This document shows, piece after piece, positions 38,283-48,392 of a stretch of 64,000 bases of DNA. The notes beneath the pieces are model-generated. The model made no database searches. It was not told the origin of the DNA and was given only the letters and a program-made list of their open reading frames with translations. The translations under genes were made by a program, and so were the position numbers. This DNA comes from Candidatus Latescibacterota bacterium (GTDB lineage: Bacteria; Latescibacterota; UBA2968; GCA-2709665), in NCBI GenBank assembly GCA_965205485.1, contig OZ242180.1, positions 2,624,001 through 2,688,000 on the forward strand, in the 5' to 3' direction. Within the stretch, counting starts at the first letter, position 1. Each line of letters starts with the position of its first letter.

Positions 38283-41200
38283 ATGGTATCGCGTCTCTGG
38301 CTTTTTTGCGTGCTCTGCGCGCTAATGCTCCTGATTCCGGAAGCGACGCCCGAGGCTTACGGAGGCGAACCGCGTCTGGTGCGGACGTTTGTGGACGGAG
38401 TCGAGATCGAGGTGAGCGGGTCGGACTATCAGCTTCGAACCGTCCGTCTTGAGGGTGTCGCCTACACGGAGGTTCAATTGCCCGGGGGCATGTGGTTGGC
38501 CGAACCCGGGCGTCCGGCGGTGCCCGTGCGCGGGACCGTGCTGGGTGTGCCTTTCGGTGCGCGGGTCGCGGTTACGGTTGTAGAAGCGGAGTTCGACGAG
38601 ATGTCGGGGGTGCTGCTGCTGCCGGCGCCGCAGCCCCGGTCGACCGGACGGGGGACGTTCGGGACGGAGGTTCAGGTCTACGAGCCGGATGCGGACTTCT
38701 ACGCCGCCGATGGCCTTTATCCCGCGCAGCAGGCTGAGGTTACCGGCATCGGCGTCATGCGGGACCAGCGGGTAGCCGGGATTTCATTGAGGCCCATACA
38801 GTACAATCCGGCGCGGCAGCAGCTTCTCATCGCCCGGAAGCTCCGGGTGCACGTACGGTTCCTGCGTGACGAGCGCTCCATTGGGGTTTCGCCTTCGGAT
38901 GAAGGCCCCGGCGGCGGGTTTGAGGCGTTCTACGAGACGACACTGTTGAACGCGGATCAGGCGCGGCCATGGAGGGGACGGACAGAACGGGACGACGGGC
39001 TCCGGAAGCCGCGGACTTCGGAGGACCTGGATCCGGCGGCCGACTATTATAAGATCCGAATACGGGATGATGGGCTGTATCGGCTGGACGCGACGTGGTT
39101 TTCGGATGCGGGCATCGCTCTTCGGGCGGGCGACCTGGAACGATTGAAGGTCTTCCTGAACGGTCGGGAAGTGCCCGTCGACGTGCGGGACGACGGAGAC
39201 GGTGTGCCGCGCGCAGGAGAAGGCGCGATCTTCTATGGCGAATACCGACGCGCGCCGGACCGGAACTTCGAGCATGAGCTGGGACGGGAACAGGTGTACT
39301 GGCTCACGCTTGACGGCAGACCCGGCCTGCGTTTTGAGGAGGTGGACGGTTCGCCCGGGAGCGGATATCCACCGGTTGCCCTGTTTGCGCACAAGGCCCA
39401 TGCCGAGGTCGACTCGCTCTACGATCCGCTCGGAGACGCTCCGGACGCGAATCGCGACCATTGGTACTGGGGGCGTACCGGTTCTCCGGGAAGGCCGGGT
39501 ACGGGACTTCAGAACATTGGCGAGTACCCCGTGACCGTACCCGTCGCATTGCCGGGATTGGACCGTGCTCCGGGAACGACGGCCCGCATCCGTGTGGGGA
39601 TGCACGGACTGACCTTCAGACGACGGTTCGAACCGGATCATCGTACGGTCGTGCGGCTTTCCGGCGGCACGGTTGTGTCTGACGACCGGTGGGACGGGAA
39701 GCGCGCGTTTGTCTCCGAAGGGACAGTACCGGTATCGGAACTAGACGATACGACCCGGGTGACCCTGGCGACACCGGGAGCCTCGGATTTTCCGGCCGAC
39801 TATATCGAGCATGTGCTTCTCAACTGGGTGGAGGTCGCATACTCCCGGCGGTTTGAATGCGTCGACGGCAAGCTGGAGTTCGCGCCGGATGAGACCGACG
39901 ACGGCCGCACCTTCTCGATCTCGGGCTTTCGAGACGCCGAGGTGTCCGTCTACGACATCACGGCGGCGCGAAGGATACGGCGCATCGAGGTGACTCCCGG
40001 GGATGCGGGATTTCATGCCCGATTCGAACTGCCGGCCGTATCCGGACGATTTGTCGCGATGGATTCGGAAGCCATCCCAAGGGCGCCCGCCGGGGAGGCC
40101 GCCCGGGTGCCTGCGTTCGGGCAGGAGGGCGCCGACTACGTAATCGTCGTCCATCCGCGGTTTCGCGAGGCGGCAGAGCGGCTGGCCGATCACCGGCGCG
40201 GGAGGGGGTTGCGGGCTCAGGTCGTGGACGTCGTGGAAATCTACGACGCGTTCTCATTCGGGCAGTTCGAGCCGCGGGCAATCCGCCGATTCGTGCGACA
40301 CGCCTTCGAAAACTGGACGCGGCGACCGACCTACCTCTTGTTGTTCGGCCCGGACAGTTTCGATTACCGGCGCAACTTTGACCAATCCGTCGTGGAGCGT
40401 CACGTGGATGCGTCCGTTGTTCCCTCGCTTCCATTCCAGTCCGTAAGAAGGGGGCTGACGTACACGGACCATTTTTTCGGCGCCGTTGCGGGTTCTGAAG
40501 ACGATCTGTTCCAGGACGTTTTCGTGGGCCGGCTTCCTGTGGCTACCCGACGGGGGGCCGCGGCCCTGGTCCGTAAGATCGTCGCCTACGACCAGGCGCC
40601 GCACCACCGGTGGCGGGACCGGGCGCTGTTTATGGCCAACTACGATCCGTTGTCCATCTTCATTTCCCCCAGCGACCGATTGGCGGCGAATTACACCGAG
40701 CCGCTGGGGCTGGAATCCTTCAAGGTCTACAACGAAGAGGATGTCGGACCTGAACCCAACGAGGACACGGGCGAAGTCATCCGTCAGATCAACGAGGGAC
40801 GACTGCTGGTGAATTTCCTGGGTCACGGGAGCGTCTCGGGAATGGCGCGGTTTCTGAGAGGAAGCTCGCAGAGAGAAAGCTATAACTATATGCGCCAGAT
40901 CGTCAATGCGGACCGATTGCCGATTGTGGTGGCGCTGTCCTGCCTGAACGGACAATTCTCGGATCCCAGGTTCACCTGCCTGGCTGAGGAAATGACCGCG
41001 AAGGCGGACGGCGGCGCGATCGCGTATATCTCGGCTTCCGCGCTTGCGGCCGTAATAACCAACGACTTCCTGAACGACCGTCTGTTCGGCGCGTTCTTCA
41101 GAGACGGCGTCAGCGAATTCGGCGCCGGTCTGGGCATTGCAAAAGCTGCGCTGGACACGCGTTTCCCTGAGCTGAAAACGCTTACCCTTGGCATACAGTT

Positions 41201-44051
41201 AATTGGAGATCCGGCACAGGAGCTTGCCCTATTGCCGAATCCCGATTTCGTGCTGGATTCCGGAAGCCTGCAGGTCGAGCGGATGACCCGGTTGACTGTG
41301 AAAGACTCGGTCCGGATCGCGATCCGGATAGAAAACACCGGGATTACCCCTCGAACCGGGCCCGCGGTTGTTCTGGTGGACCGCAATCTGGACCGGGGAG
41401 TGGCTGATACGCTGTTTTCGGGCGTCTTTCCCGCCTTCGGCCATCGGGACAGCACAGCGGTGATATGGCCGTTGGCCGGCCGCGCGGGGAGGCATCTGCT
41501 GACGCTCACGGTGGATCCTGACGACGAGATTCCGGAGTTGGATGAAGCCAACAACCACGTGGAGGCTGAGCTGGATGTATCCGGGACACTGTCGGCCGTG
41601 CCCACGATGCCAAGGCAGAGCCAGGTCGTTCCCGCTTCCGCGGTGCGGTTGGCCGTCCGCCCCGCCGCCGACGCTCGGGAAGTCTACGGAGAGTTCGAGG
41701 TGAACGGATTGCCGGCGTTCGACGGGCCGGGCGTGATTCGTTCCGGCACCGTCGCGGGCCGCGTGGGGCTGGTTTTGTGGAAGGTGCCGGACCTGGCTCC
41801 CGGAAAGTACTACTGGCGGAGCCGGGTACGGGAGGGTGACGAATACGGCGCCTGGTCCGCCATCATGGAGTTCACCGCGCAGCCCGCCGCGCCCGAGAGG
41901 GAGGTCCTGTGGCGACAGGACGCCGCCAGTGCTTTCCGGTGGGCTGACGGAACGGACGTTCGGCTGGCTGAGGGCGCGGTTTCCCGCGTGGTCGATCCGC
42001 CGCCCCTGCGATTGAACGCGGACACGCGGGAAGAGGCGTTCGCCGCGGAGGGCGTCCGGGGCACGGGTGTGTTGTGTACGGACGGCGCCTACCTTTACGT
42101 GAACCGGTTCTATTCACCTACGGCGGTCTATCCGGGGACGGACATATTCGAGCGGATTGGTACCGGATTCCGGGGCACGCGGGCCGGACAGAATCACGGC
42201 GTCCTTGCGGAGACGCCCGTTCTCGGCGTTTCGGCAACCTATCACGGCGACGGGTTTATCTACGCCGACAACCGGCGGGGACGCGAACTGGCGCGTATTG
42301 CGCCATCAACGGGGGTTGTGGACCGCGTGCAGGTGCCGGACGGGTTGATGGAGTTCCGAACCGGTCTGGTATTTGACGGACATTCGCTGATTACGTCGGA
42401 CGGCGCCTATATCTACAATCTTGCGGCGGCGGTGGACGGCGTGCAGCGCGCGGGCTGGTCGGTGCGTGTGTTCGATCCGTCGAATGGCTGGCGGCTGGAG
42501 CGGGAATTCACGGTCGCCCCGACCGAGACCGGGTTTGCGTATCTGGTTACAGACGGCGTGATTGCAGACGGGAAGTATCTCTATCTGGTTGAGTTCGGTA
42601 CCGGGCTGACCCATCGGGTGCGGGTGGTCGACGCCCGGAGCGGGGAATTCGTCGAGGAATACGAAAGCGATCAGGCCGAGACCGATATCCTGACGGGGCA
42701 GTACGACTGGACGAACAACAAGGTGTGGATGGGCCAGCTCAATGGTCCGATGATCTACCGTTACGCGGGAAAGACACTACCCCCGTACGGGACGCTGACA
42801 TCGGAGCCGATCGGTCCGGCAGGCGCCTGGCACGCACTGACACTAGACCTGCGAGAGGCGGCGGGCGGGCGGGCGGAAGTGGATGTACTCGGCGCGGCCC
42901 CGTCGGGCGGATTCGCACCGCTTGCCGAATGGACCGGGCTCGACGCCGCCGGCGAGATTGGCCTCGGCGACCTGAAGGAAGACCGTATCCGGGTTCGTGT
43001 CCGGTTGTACGGAGAGGCGTTGGGACCGTCCGCCGGATTGACGGGATGGCAGGTTGGTTACCGGCCGCAGTCCGATCTTGCGCTGTCCGGGCTGAATGCG
43101 GCGCCCCTCGAGGTTGATGAACTGGAACCTGTTCAGCTGACGGTTCAGGCCCGGAACATGGGTCCCCTGGATTGGGTTCCCGGCGCTGTCGTCGCCTTCT
43201 ACAGCGGTGCGCCCGAAGACGGACGGCTGATCGGACGCGCGTCGGTTCCCGAAGAAACGCCAGCCGGCGAAACAACGTCGGTATCCCTCGTCTGGAATAC
43301 CGCCAGATTTGCCGGGACGAACGTCGTATCGGCGCGGCTTGAGGATCTCTCGGGTCGTCGCAGCCACTACGTGAGAGAGACCACGGCCGAGGAGACCGTC
43401 GAGGTCCATCCCAGCGACGATCGGACGGGGCCCGAACTGGACCTGATCGCGCTGGACGCGGCGGGGGAGGTCCGGCCGGATGACTTTCTCCCTTCGACGC
43501 CGAAGTTCTCCGTCGTGTTCCGGGACTCGAGCGGCATAGACGCCGGATCGGTACGGATTGTGCTTGCGGGACCCGAGGATGAGATCTCCGATGTGCTGAC
43601 CTCGGACCGGGTGTCGGATCGGAAGGAAGACGGGACATCCCTGAAATTCAGCTGGTCTCCGCGGCTGGATGACGGCCGCTACACGCTATCGGTTTCGGGG
43701 ACGGACCAGCTGGGGAATGGCCCCGCGGAGAAGTCCATGGCATTTCAGGTATCGTCGGACCTGGCCATCGAGAGGGTGTTGAACGTCCCGAACCCGACTG
43801 CGGCCGAGACGGAGTTTACGTACGTTCTGTCCCGGCCGGCGGAGGTGGTGATCCGTATCTTTACAATTTCCGGAAGGCTGATCCGGACTCTGGACGGCGC
43901 TCCGGGGCGTGCGGGGTATAATCAGGTTCGATGGGACGGGCGGGACGCCGACGGTCACCTGCTGGCCAGCGGCGTATACCTCTACACGGTAACCGCAGAC
44001 GACGGCCGGAAACGGGTGCGCGAGAAAGAACGGTTGATCGTATACCGATGA
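38283..44051 (+). CDS. C25 (gingipain-family) cysteine peptidase, PorU-like, with propeptide, CARDB-like domains and C-terminal FlgD-Ig/T9SS-like domain
   Basis: Signal peptide; EPGRPAVP propeptide; ADYVIVVH, IYDAFSFG, VGRLP, NFLGHGS (His) and ALSCLNG (Cys) motifs; C-terminal LNVPNP...IFTISGRLIRTL...WDGRD...ASGVYLY. Confidence 0.88.
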   Translation: MVSRLWLFCVLCALMLLIPEATPEAYGGEPRLVRTFVDGVEIEVSGSDYQLRTVRLEGVAYTEVQLPGGMWLAEPGRPAVPVRGTVLGVPFGARVAVTVVEAEFDEMSGVLLLPAPQPRSTGRGTFGTEVQVYEPDADFYAADGLYPAQQAEVTGIGVMRDQRVAGISLRPIQYNPARQQLLIARKLRVHVRFLRDERSIGVSPSDEGPGGGFEAFYETTLLNADQARPWRGRTERDDGLRKPRTSEDLDPAADYYKIRIRDDGLYRLDATWFSDAGIALRAGDLERLKVFLNGREVPVDVRDDGDGVPRAGEGAIFYGEYRRAPDRNFEHELGREQVYWLTLDGRPGLRFEEVDGSPGSGYPPVALFAHKAHAEVDSLYDPLGDAPDANRDHWYWGRTGSPGRPGTGLQNIGEYPVTVPVALPGLDRAPGTTARIRVGMHGLTFRRRFEPDHRTVVRLSGGTVVSDDRWDGKRAFVSEGTVPVSELDDTTRVTLATPGASDFPADYIEHVLLNWVEVAYSRRFECVDGKLEFAPDETDDGRTFSISGFRDAEVSVYDITAARRIRRIEVTPGDAGFHARFELPAVSGRFVAMDSEAIPRAPAGEAARVPAFGQEGADYVIVVHPRFREAAERLADHRRGRGLRAQVVDVVEIYDAFSFGQFEPRAIRRFVRHAFENWTRRPTYLLLFGPDSFDYRRNFDQSVVERHVDASVVPSLPFQSVRRGLTYTDHFFGAVAGSEDDLFQDVFVGRLPVATRRGAAALVRKIVAYDQAPHHRWRDRALFMANYDPLSIFISPSDRLAANYTEPLGLESFKVYNEEDVGPEPNEDTGEVIRQINEGRLLVNFLGHGSVSGMARFLRGSSQRESYNYMRQIVNADRLPIVVALSCLNGQFSDPRFTCLAEEMTAKADGGAIAYISASALAAVITNDFLNDRLFGAFFRDGVSEFGAGLGIAKAALDTRFPELKTLTLGIQLIGDPAQELALLPNPDFVLDSGSLQVERMTRLTVKDSVRIAIRIENTGITPRTGPAVVLVDRNLDRGVADTLFSGVFPAFGHRDSTAVIWPLAGRAGRHLLTLTVDPDDEIPELDEANNHVEAELDVSGTLSAVPTMPRQSQVVPASAVRLAVRPAADAREVYGEFEVNGLPAFDGPGVIRSGTVAGRVGLVLWKVPDLAPGKYYWRSRVREGDEYGAWSAIMEFTAQPAAPEREVLWRQDAASAFRWADGTDVRLAEGAVSRVVDPPPLRLNADTREEAFAAEGVRGTGVLCTDGAYLYVNRFYSPTAVYPGTDIFERIGTGFRGTRAGQNHGVLAETPVLGVSATYHGDGFIYADNRRGRELARIAPSTGVVDRVQVPDGLMEFRTGLVFDGHSLITSDGAYIYNLAAAVDGVQRAGWSVRVFDPSNGWRLEREFTVAPTETGFAYLVTDGVIADGKYLYLVEFGTGLTHRVRVVDARSGEFVEEYESDQAETDILTGQYDWTNNKVWMGQLNGPMIYRYAGKTLPPYGTLTSEPIGPAGAWHALTLDLREAAGGRAEVDVLGAAPSGGFAPLAEWTGLDAAGEIGLGDLKEDRIRVRVRLYGEALGPSAGLTGWQVGYRPQSDLALSGLNAAPLEVDELEPVQLTVQARNMGPLDWVPGAVVAFYSGAPEDGRLIGRASVPEETPAGETTSVSLVWNTARFAGTNVVSARLEDLSGRRSHYVRETTAEETVEVHPSDDRTGPELDLIALDAAGEVRPDDFLPSTPKFSVVFRDSSGIDAGSVRIVLAGPEDEISDVLTSDRVSDRKEDGTSLKFSWSPRLDDGRYTLSVSGTDQLGNGPAEKSMAFQVSSDLAIERVLNVPNPTAAETEFTYVLSRPAEVVIRIFTISGRLIRTLDGAPGRAGYNQVRWDGRDADGHLLASGVYLYTVTADDGRKRVREKERLIVYR

Positions 44052-44936
44052 GTTGGATCGCAGGGAAGGGTCAATGATCGTGTAGCCGCATTTCGACAAT
44101 CGGGCAAGTCGTTCAGGATACATGATTTCTCCGGGGGGCGGCCTCGGCATTTCGCCAGCCTTTACGGAGTTTTTTCGTTCACGCTTTGTAATGAGGATGC
44201 ATCCAATGTGACACCGTTGATTCACACGGTTAACAATGGTTTTGCAAACGCTCGAAAATTATAAGTTTCGATTATTTAAACACTTATCATCCGGTGCGAT
44301 TTTTTTTGGAACTTCATGCGGGACAAGGGCGTGTGAAGCGCAATAGTTGACGGAAATCACAGATGTCCGGGGTTGAATGGCGTCGCTCGTCCCGGGTTCC
44401 TTAACGGAATTATAAAAACCAACGCATTTCGTGTACTTTCGAGAGGATATCGCCAGGATCAATAACGCGAACTGTTTTTAAGCGACGTAAAAACATAAAA
44501 TTATGTAAATTGGTTGCTGAGTCGGCGAGCTTTCGAGATGCATCCTCGCAACCGGAACAACGCCGGCAAACACACCCGTTTACTGAACGGTTCGCACCAT
44601 TGACTATGGCATTTTCTCCCAAATTTCCCGCCTTCGCGCTCAGCACCGCCAGTGTGCCGGGCCCGGTGTTTTCCATTTCCTCGCGGTCGCTTCAGTCGCA
44701 GATCAACAGGTTTGCTCCCTCTCCAGGCAGTTCTGCAGGCGATCGGGCCACATCCTCTCCAGAGTCATCTTCCTTCCGACCTGTTTTCATTCCTGTTTCC
44801 GGTGCGTGCGATCTGAACGTGCGATGTAACGGCCGGCTGTAGACCGCCGCAATCCGGCACCTTCGAACTGTGCGTTCCAGGCGCGTCTGTGCGCCGTGGA
44901 TACAGGCAACCCGTATTTCTTCCAGGGAGTGGACAC

Positions 44937-45635
44937 ATGAACAAGCCGAGAATATTGATCGTCGGTCGTGAGACGGGTGAAACGTCGACACTTGCGGGTT
45001 TCCTACAGGACGAACCCTATGAGATCGTGACCGCCGAAAACGGCCTTGAAGGACTCGAAATTGCCAGAACCCGAAAGATCGACCTTGCCGTCGTCGAGGC
45101 GTGCGTGCGGGACATGGCGGGCACAACACTTCTCAAGCGGGTACAGGCAGAGGAGATTCGCACGGTGATGCTGCTCGTGACGAGGTTTGGAAAGTTGGAC
45201 TCGTCAAGGAATTCGAACCGGTCCTACGCCGTGAGTGTTTTCGACGAACCAATCGAGAGAGATTCGTTCCTGGCACGCATATGCAAATGCCTGCCCATGC
45301 AGGATACGTGGGAGCACCGCGTGGATTCGTTTCTGGAACACAACTACAGCAATCCGGAGTTGAGATTCGAGGACGTGGAGCGTCATTTCAGGTTCTCCCG
45401 GACTTACGGCTATCGGATGTTCAAGAAACACCTTGGGGAATCATTCAGCGTCCGACTCCGGAGAATTCGCCTGGCAAAATCAGAGCAGGCACTGAAGAAC
45501 TCCACTGCTTCAATTTCGGAAATCGCATACCAGTGTGGCTTTGCTTCACTGTCCACATTCAGCAGGGTTTTCAAGGCGAAAGTCGGCTTAAACCCGACCA
45601 CATATCGCAGAAATTGGAAACTGGGACAAATTTAG
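44937..45635 (+). CDS. AraC-family regulator with degenerate receiver domain (paralog 1)
   Basis: Receiver-like N-terminus with DLAVVE (Glu at the phospho-Asp position); ISEIAYQCGFASLSTFSRVFK HTH; start MNKPR with RBS gggag. Confidence 0.88.
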   Translation: MNKPRILIVGRETGETSTLAGFLQDEPYEIVTAENGLEGLEIARTRKIDLAVVEACVRDMAGTTLLKRVQAEEIRTVMLLVTRFGKLDSSRNSNRSYAVSVFDEPIERDSFLARICKCLPMQDTWEHRVDSFLEHNYSNPELRFEDVERHFRFSRTYGYRMFKKHLGESFSVRLRRIRLAKSEQALKNSTASISEIAYQCGFASLSTFSRVFKAKVGLNPTTYRRNWKLGQI

Positions 45636-45811
45636 TACTCCAGAACAAACTTGCGTTCTTGACATCGCATTTCCGTCACAGATATTCTTAGAGTCCGCCG
45701 CATTGACCCGCTCCGGAGCGCCATAATCCGGAGATTCCCCCGGGCTTTTGCGCGGGATATTCGTATGGCGTGAAGACGGGCAACTCTGAATGTGGAGGGG
45801 GATCTAACGCA

Positions 45812-46537
45812 ATGGATAAGCGGAAAATCTTGATCGTGGAACGAGACCCGGAGGTAACGTCGGAACTTGCAGGATTCCTGAAAGAAGAACCCTATGAAAT
45901 CGTCACCGCGAAAAACGGACCGAAGGGCCTTGAAATACTGAGAAGAGAAAAGATCGACCTGGCCGTGGTCGAGGTATGTGTAGACGACCAGGACGGGATA
46001 ACGCTTCTGGAGGGCGTAAAGGCTGAGGAGATTCAGACGTCGGTGCTGCTGGTTACAAGCCTGGGAACCCTTGAACTGGGAGAGAAAGTGCACAGGCCTT
46101 TCACCATGAGCGTATTCGACAAGCCGATTGATAAGGACGTATTCCTGGCGAACATCAGGAAATATATGCCTCTGCAGGACCTGTGGAAGAGCCGTCTGGA
46201 GTCGTTTCTCGAAGACAACCACAGCAATCCGAACCTGAAATTCGAAGACGTCGTGAGATATTTCAGGTTCTCCAAGTCCTACGGATATGCCTTGTTCAGG
46301 ATGCATCTGGGAGAATCATTCACCAGGAGTCTGCGAAACGTTCGCCTGGCGAAAGCCGAGGAAGCACTCAAGAACACCACGGCATCCATTTCGGAAATCG
46401 CTTATCTCTGCGGATTCGGATCCTTGTCGACGTTCAGCAAGGTGTTTAAGGAGAAATTTGGAAACAGCCCCACCAAATACCGCAGAAATTGGAAACTGGG
46501 ACAAGTCCAGGACGTCCGGACAAACCTTAGGCCTTGA
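45812..46537 (+). CDS. AraC-family regulator with degenerate receiver domain (paralog 2)
   Basis: Collinear paralog of 44937-45635 with DLAVVE, FDKPI and ISEIAYLCGFGSLSTFSKVFK motifs. Confidence 0.88.
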   Translation: MDKRKILIVERDPEVTSELAGFLKEEPYEIVTAKNGPKGLEILRREKIDLAVVEVCVDDQDGITLLEGVKAEEIQTSVLLVTSLGTLELGEKVHRPFTMSVFDKPIDKDVFLANIRKYMPLQDLWKSRLESFLEDNHSNPNLKFEDVVRYFRFSKSYGYALFRMHLGESFTRSLRNVRLAKAEEALKNTTASISEIAYLCGFGSLSTFSKVFKEKFGNSPTKYRRNWKLGQVQDVRTNLRP

Positions 46538-46619
46538 CTTCAATGTTCGTTCTCGGATTTTTTCATTCGAAGGTATTGTCCGTTCTTTCGATTTATCCAG
46601 GCTACGTCTTTTAGGGCGC

Positions 46620-46688
46620 AATATCACGATAATATCATTATAATGAAGACAAATATCACATAAATATCACGTAAAAATGTGTTATATT
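46620..46688 (+). promoter_or_regulatory. Four helically phased AATATCA repeats plus a -10 element (putative activator-dependent promoter)
   Basis: AATATCA at 46620, 46631, 46652 and 46663 (spacings 11, 21, 11); TATATT at 46683; no -35 consensus. Confidence 0.6.
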
Positions 46689-47007
46689 ATGCTCGGAACC
46701 AGCCGGAATGATCCAGACAAGTTCTGGTTCAAGTTCGTCGTGTTTCAATTCCACCGGAGAGATTCGAACGAAAGGAGCCAGGGTACCAGGTCGATAACAC
46801 TTTGTTTCCGGACTGGAAGGTCTCACGCGGCATCTGCCGTGATTACTTCATCTTGAAACGTGGCCGAACCCTGAGTCGGCAGACGGATTCGGCATTTCCT
46901 TTCCAACCTGCTCACAGTCTGGGCGCGCCAGGGCTGGCAGTAACCTTAACTGACGCAAGTCCGTGGTTTCAGACCGAGTTGTCGAAGGTGAAAGGGAGGG
47001 AGTGGAC

Positions 47008-47388
47008 ATGGTACTCAAGCCGGTGATAACCGGGCTGGCCGCAGCGGCAGCCATCGCCCCGGAGTCAGCAACATTTCGACGGGCACGCTACGCGACCGGC
47101 GGGAATCGCGTTGAGCGTCTCACCGCGGAACTCTCTTTCCCGCCTTCCTTACTGTGCCTCTCTGCCGGTATAATTCCCGGCGAGCCCCTCCACGATTTCA
47201 GGTCGTCCCTTCCGCCTCATATCGACGATGTTCCTCCGGCCGCGGGTCGAAGAGCAACTGAATCCATGCGCACGGTACGCCGTTGTCGGTCTTCGGAGGC
47301 TGCGAGGCGTCCTGTCACCGCTGCATGGTCCCGTGCGGACGGCACTATTCACCTCGTCACCGATCGGGTGACGCTAAATAGGAGGTAG
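47008..47388 (+). CDS. Questionable ORF or eroded gene remnant
   Basis: Strong RBS gggagggagtggac-ATG and a signal-like N-terminus; its stop overlaps the RBS of the next gene; no recognisable domain. Confidence 0.3.
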   Translation: MVLKPVITGLAAAAAIAPESATFRRARYATGGNRVERLTAELSFPPSLLCLSAGIIPGEPLHDFRSSLPPHIDDVPPAAGRRATESMRTVRRCRSSEAARRPVTAAWSRADGTIHLVTDRVTLNRR

Positions 47389-47390
47389 CT

Positions 47391-48200
47391 ATGCGGACTC
47401 GCGTGATATCATCCATTTGTGCGGCGTTGTTATTTGTCGGAACGGCGTTGGCCGGAGAAATGACCCGCGGACTGACCATTACCGGCGGCCGTAACGCCGG
47501 CGCGACGCTGAAGCTGGAGCGCGTGAACGATCCGGGCGCCGAAAGCGGCGTTCTGAAACTGCACGTGTCGGTGGCGCAAACCGATGAACTGAAGGGTTAC
47601 GGTCTTTCCCTTCAGTTCGATCCCGTGAAATACGAGTTCGTGAACGCCACGGAACTCGAGGGGAACCTGCTGAAATCCGGTTCCGGGCAGGAGACGCTGT
47701 TTCTGTCGTCGAACCGGACGCCGGGGCAGGTGGACGTCGGCGCGGTGAAGATCGACGGCCGGGGCGCCAGCGGCGGCGGGAAGCTCGTCGAGCTTGTGTT
47801 CAGGACGAGCGGAACGCCGTTGTCGTCCGACTTTCAGGTATCCGAAAACGTCCTGGTGAGCATGGATGGGGCCGTGGACAGGCTGCATCACGCTGAAATA
47901 GGCGATCTGAAGCCGCTGCCGGATCGATTCAGTCTGGAGCAGAATATGCCCAACCCGTTCAATCCCTCCACCGCGATCGGCTACCAGTTGCCGGAGGCGG
48001 GAATGGTCCGGCTGGCAATCTACAATCTCATCGGCCAGGAAGTGCGCGTGCTGGTGAACGAGCACAGGAGCGCCGGCTCCTTTACTGCAACGTGGGATGG
48101 GGCGGACGCGCTGGGCAGGCGCGTCGCCAGCGGCATTTATCTGTATCGGATACAGGCGGGCAGTTTCTCGGCCACGAAAAGGATGCTGCTACTGAAATAG
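47391..48200 (+). CDS. Secreted cohesin-like domain + FlgD-Ig/T9SS-like C-terminal domain protein (putative anchoring scaffoldin)
   Basis: Signal peptide; LKGYGLSLQFDPVKYEFV...SGGGKLVELVFR (cohesin-like); FSLEQNMPNPFNPSTAIGYQL...IYNLIGQEVRVLV...WDG...ASGIYLYRI...KRMLLLK. Confidence 0.82.
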   Translation: MRTRVISSICAALLFVGTALAGEMTRGLTITGGRNAGATLKLERVNDPGAESGVLKLHVSVAQTDELKGYGLSLQFDPVKYEFVNATELEGNLLKSGSGQETLFLSSNRTPGQVDVGAVKIDGRGASGGGKLVELVFRTSGTPLSSDFQVSENVLVSMDGAVDRLHHAEIGDLKPLPDRFSLEQNMPNPFNPSTAIGYQLPEAGMVRLAIYNLIGQEVRVLVNEHRSAGSFTATWDGADALGRRVASGIYLYRIQAGSFSATKRMLLLK

Positions 48201-48392
48201 TCCTGACTCCGATTCGACGTTTCTGAACCTGGATGACGCCGTGTACACGACAGCAGTCGGCAATGTCAGTCTATCGGGCCACACAGCCGGCGCTGGCGGC
48301 TGGTTCAAGACGTCGCGACCGTAAGGTTTGGACTCCGGACCCGGGCGTGGCGCCGGAACGAAATCGTCGTCGAAACAAAGGAGTGTTCCTCG

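Noticed and set aside
44207..44226. TGTGA...TCACA as a CRP site
   Set aside because: The spacer is 10 nt rather than 6. The rest of the AT-rich 44.05-44.93 kb gap gave no feature I could support.
46930..46990. ggcag...gacgcaa as a possible c-di-GMP-I riboswitch (also ggcaaac near 44565)
   Set aside because: No GNRA-capped P2 stem or convincing P1/P3 pairing was found. An Rfam search would be needed to revisit this.
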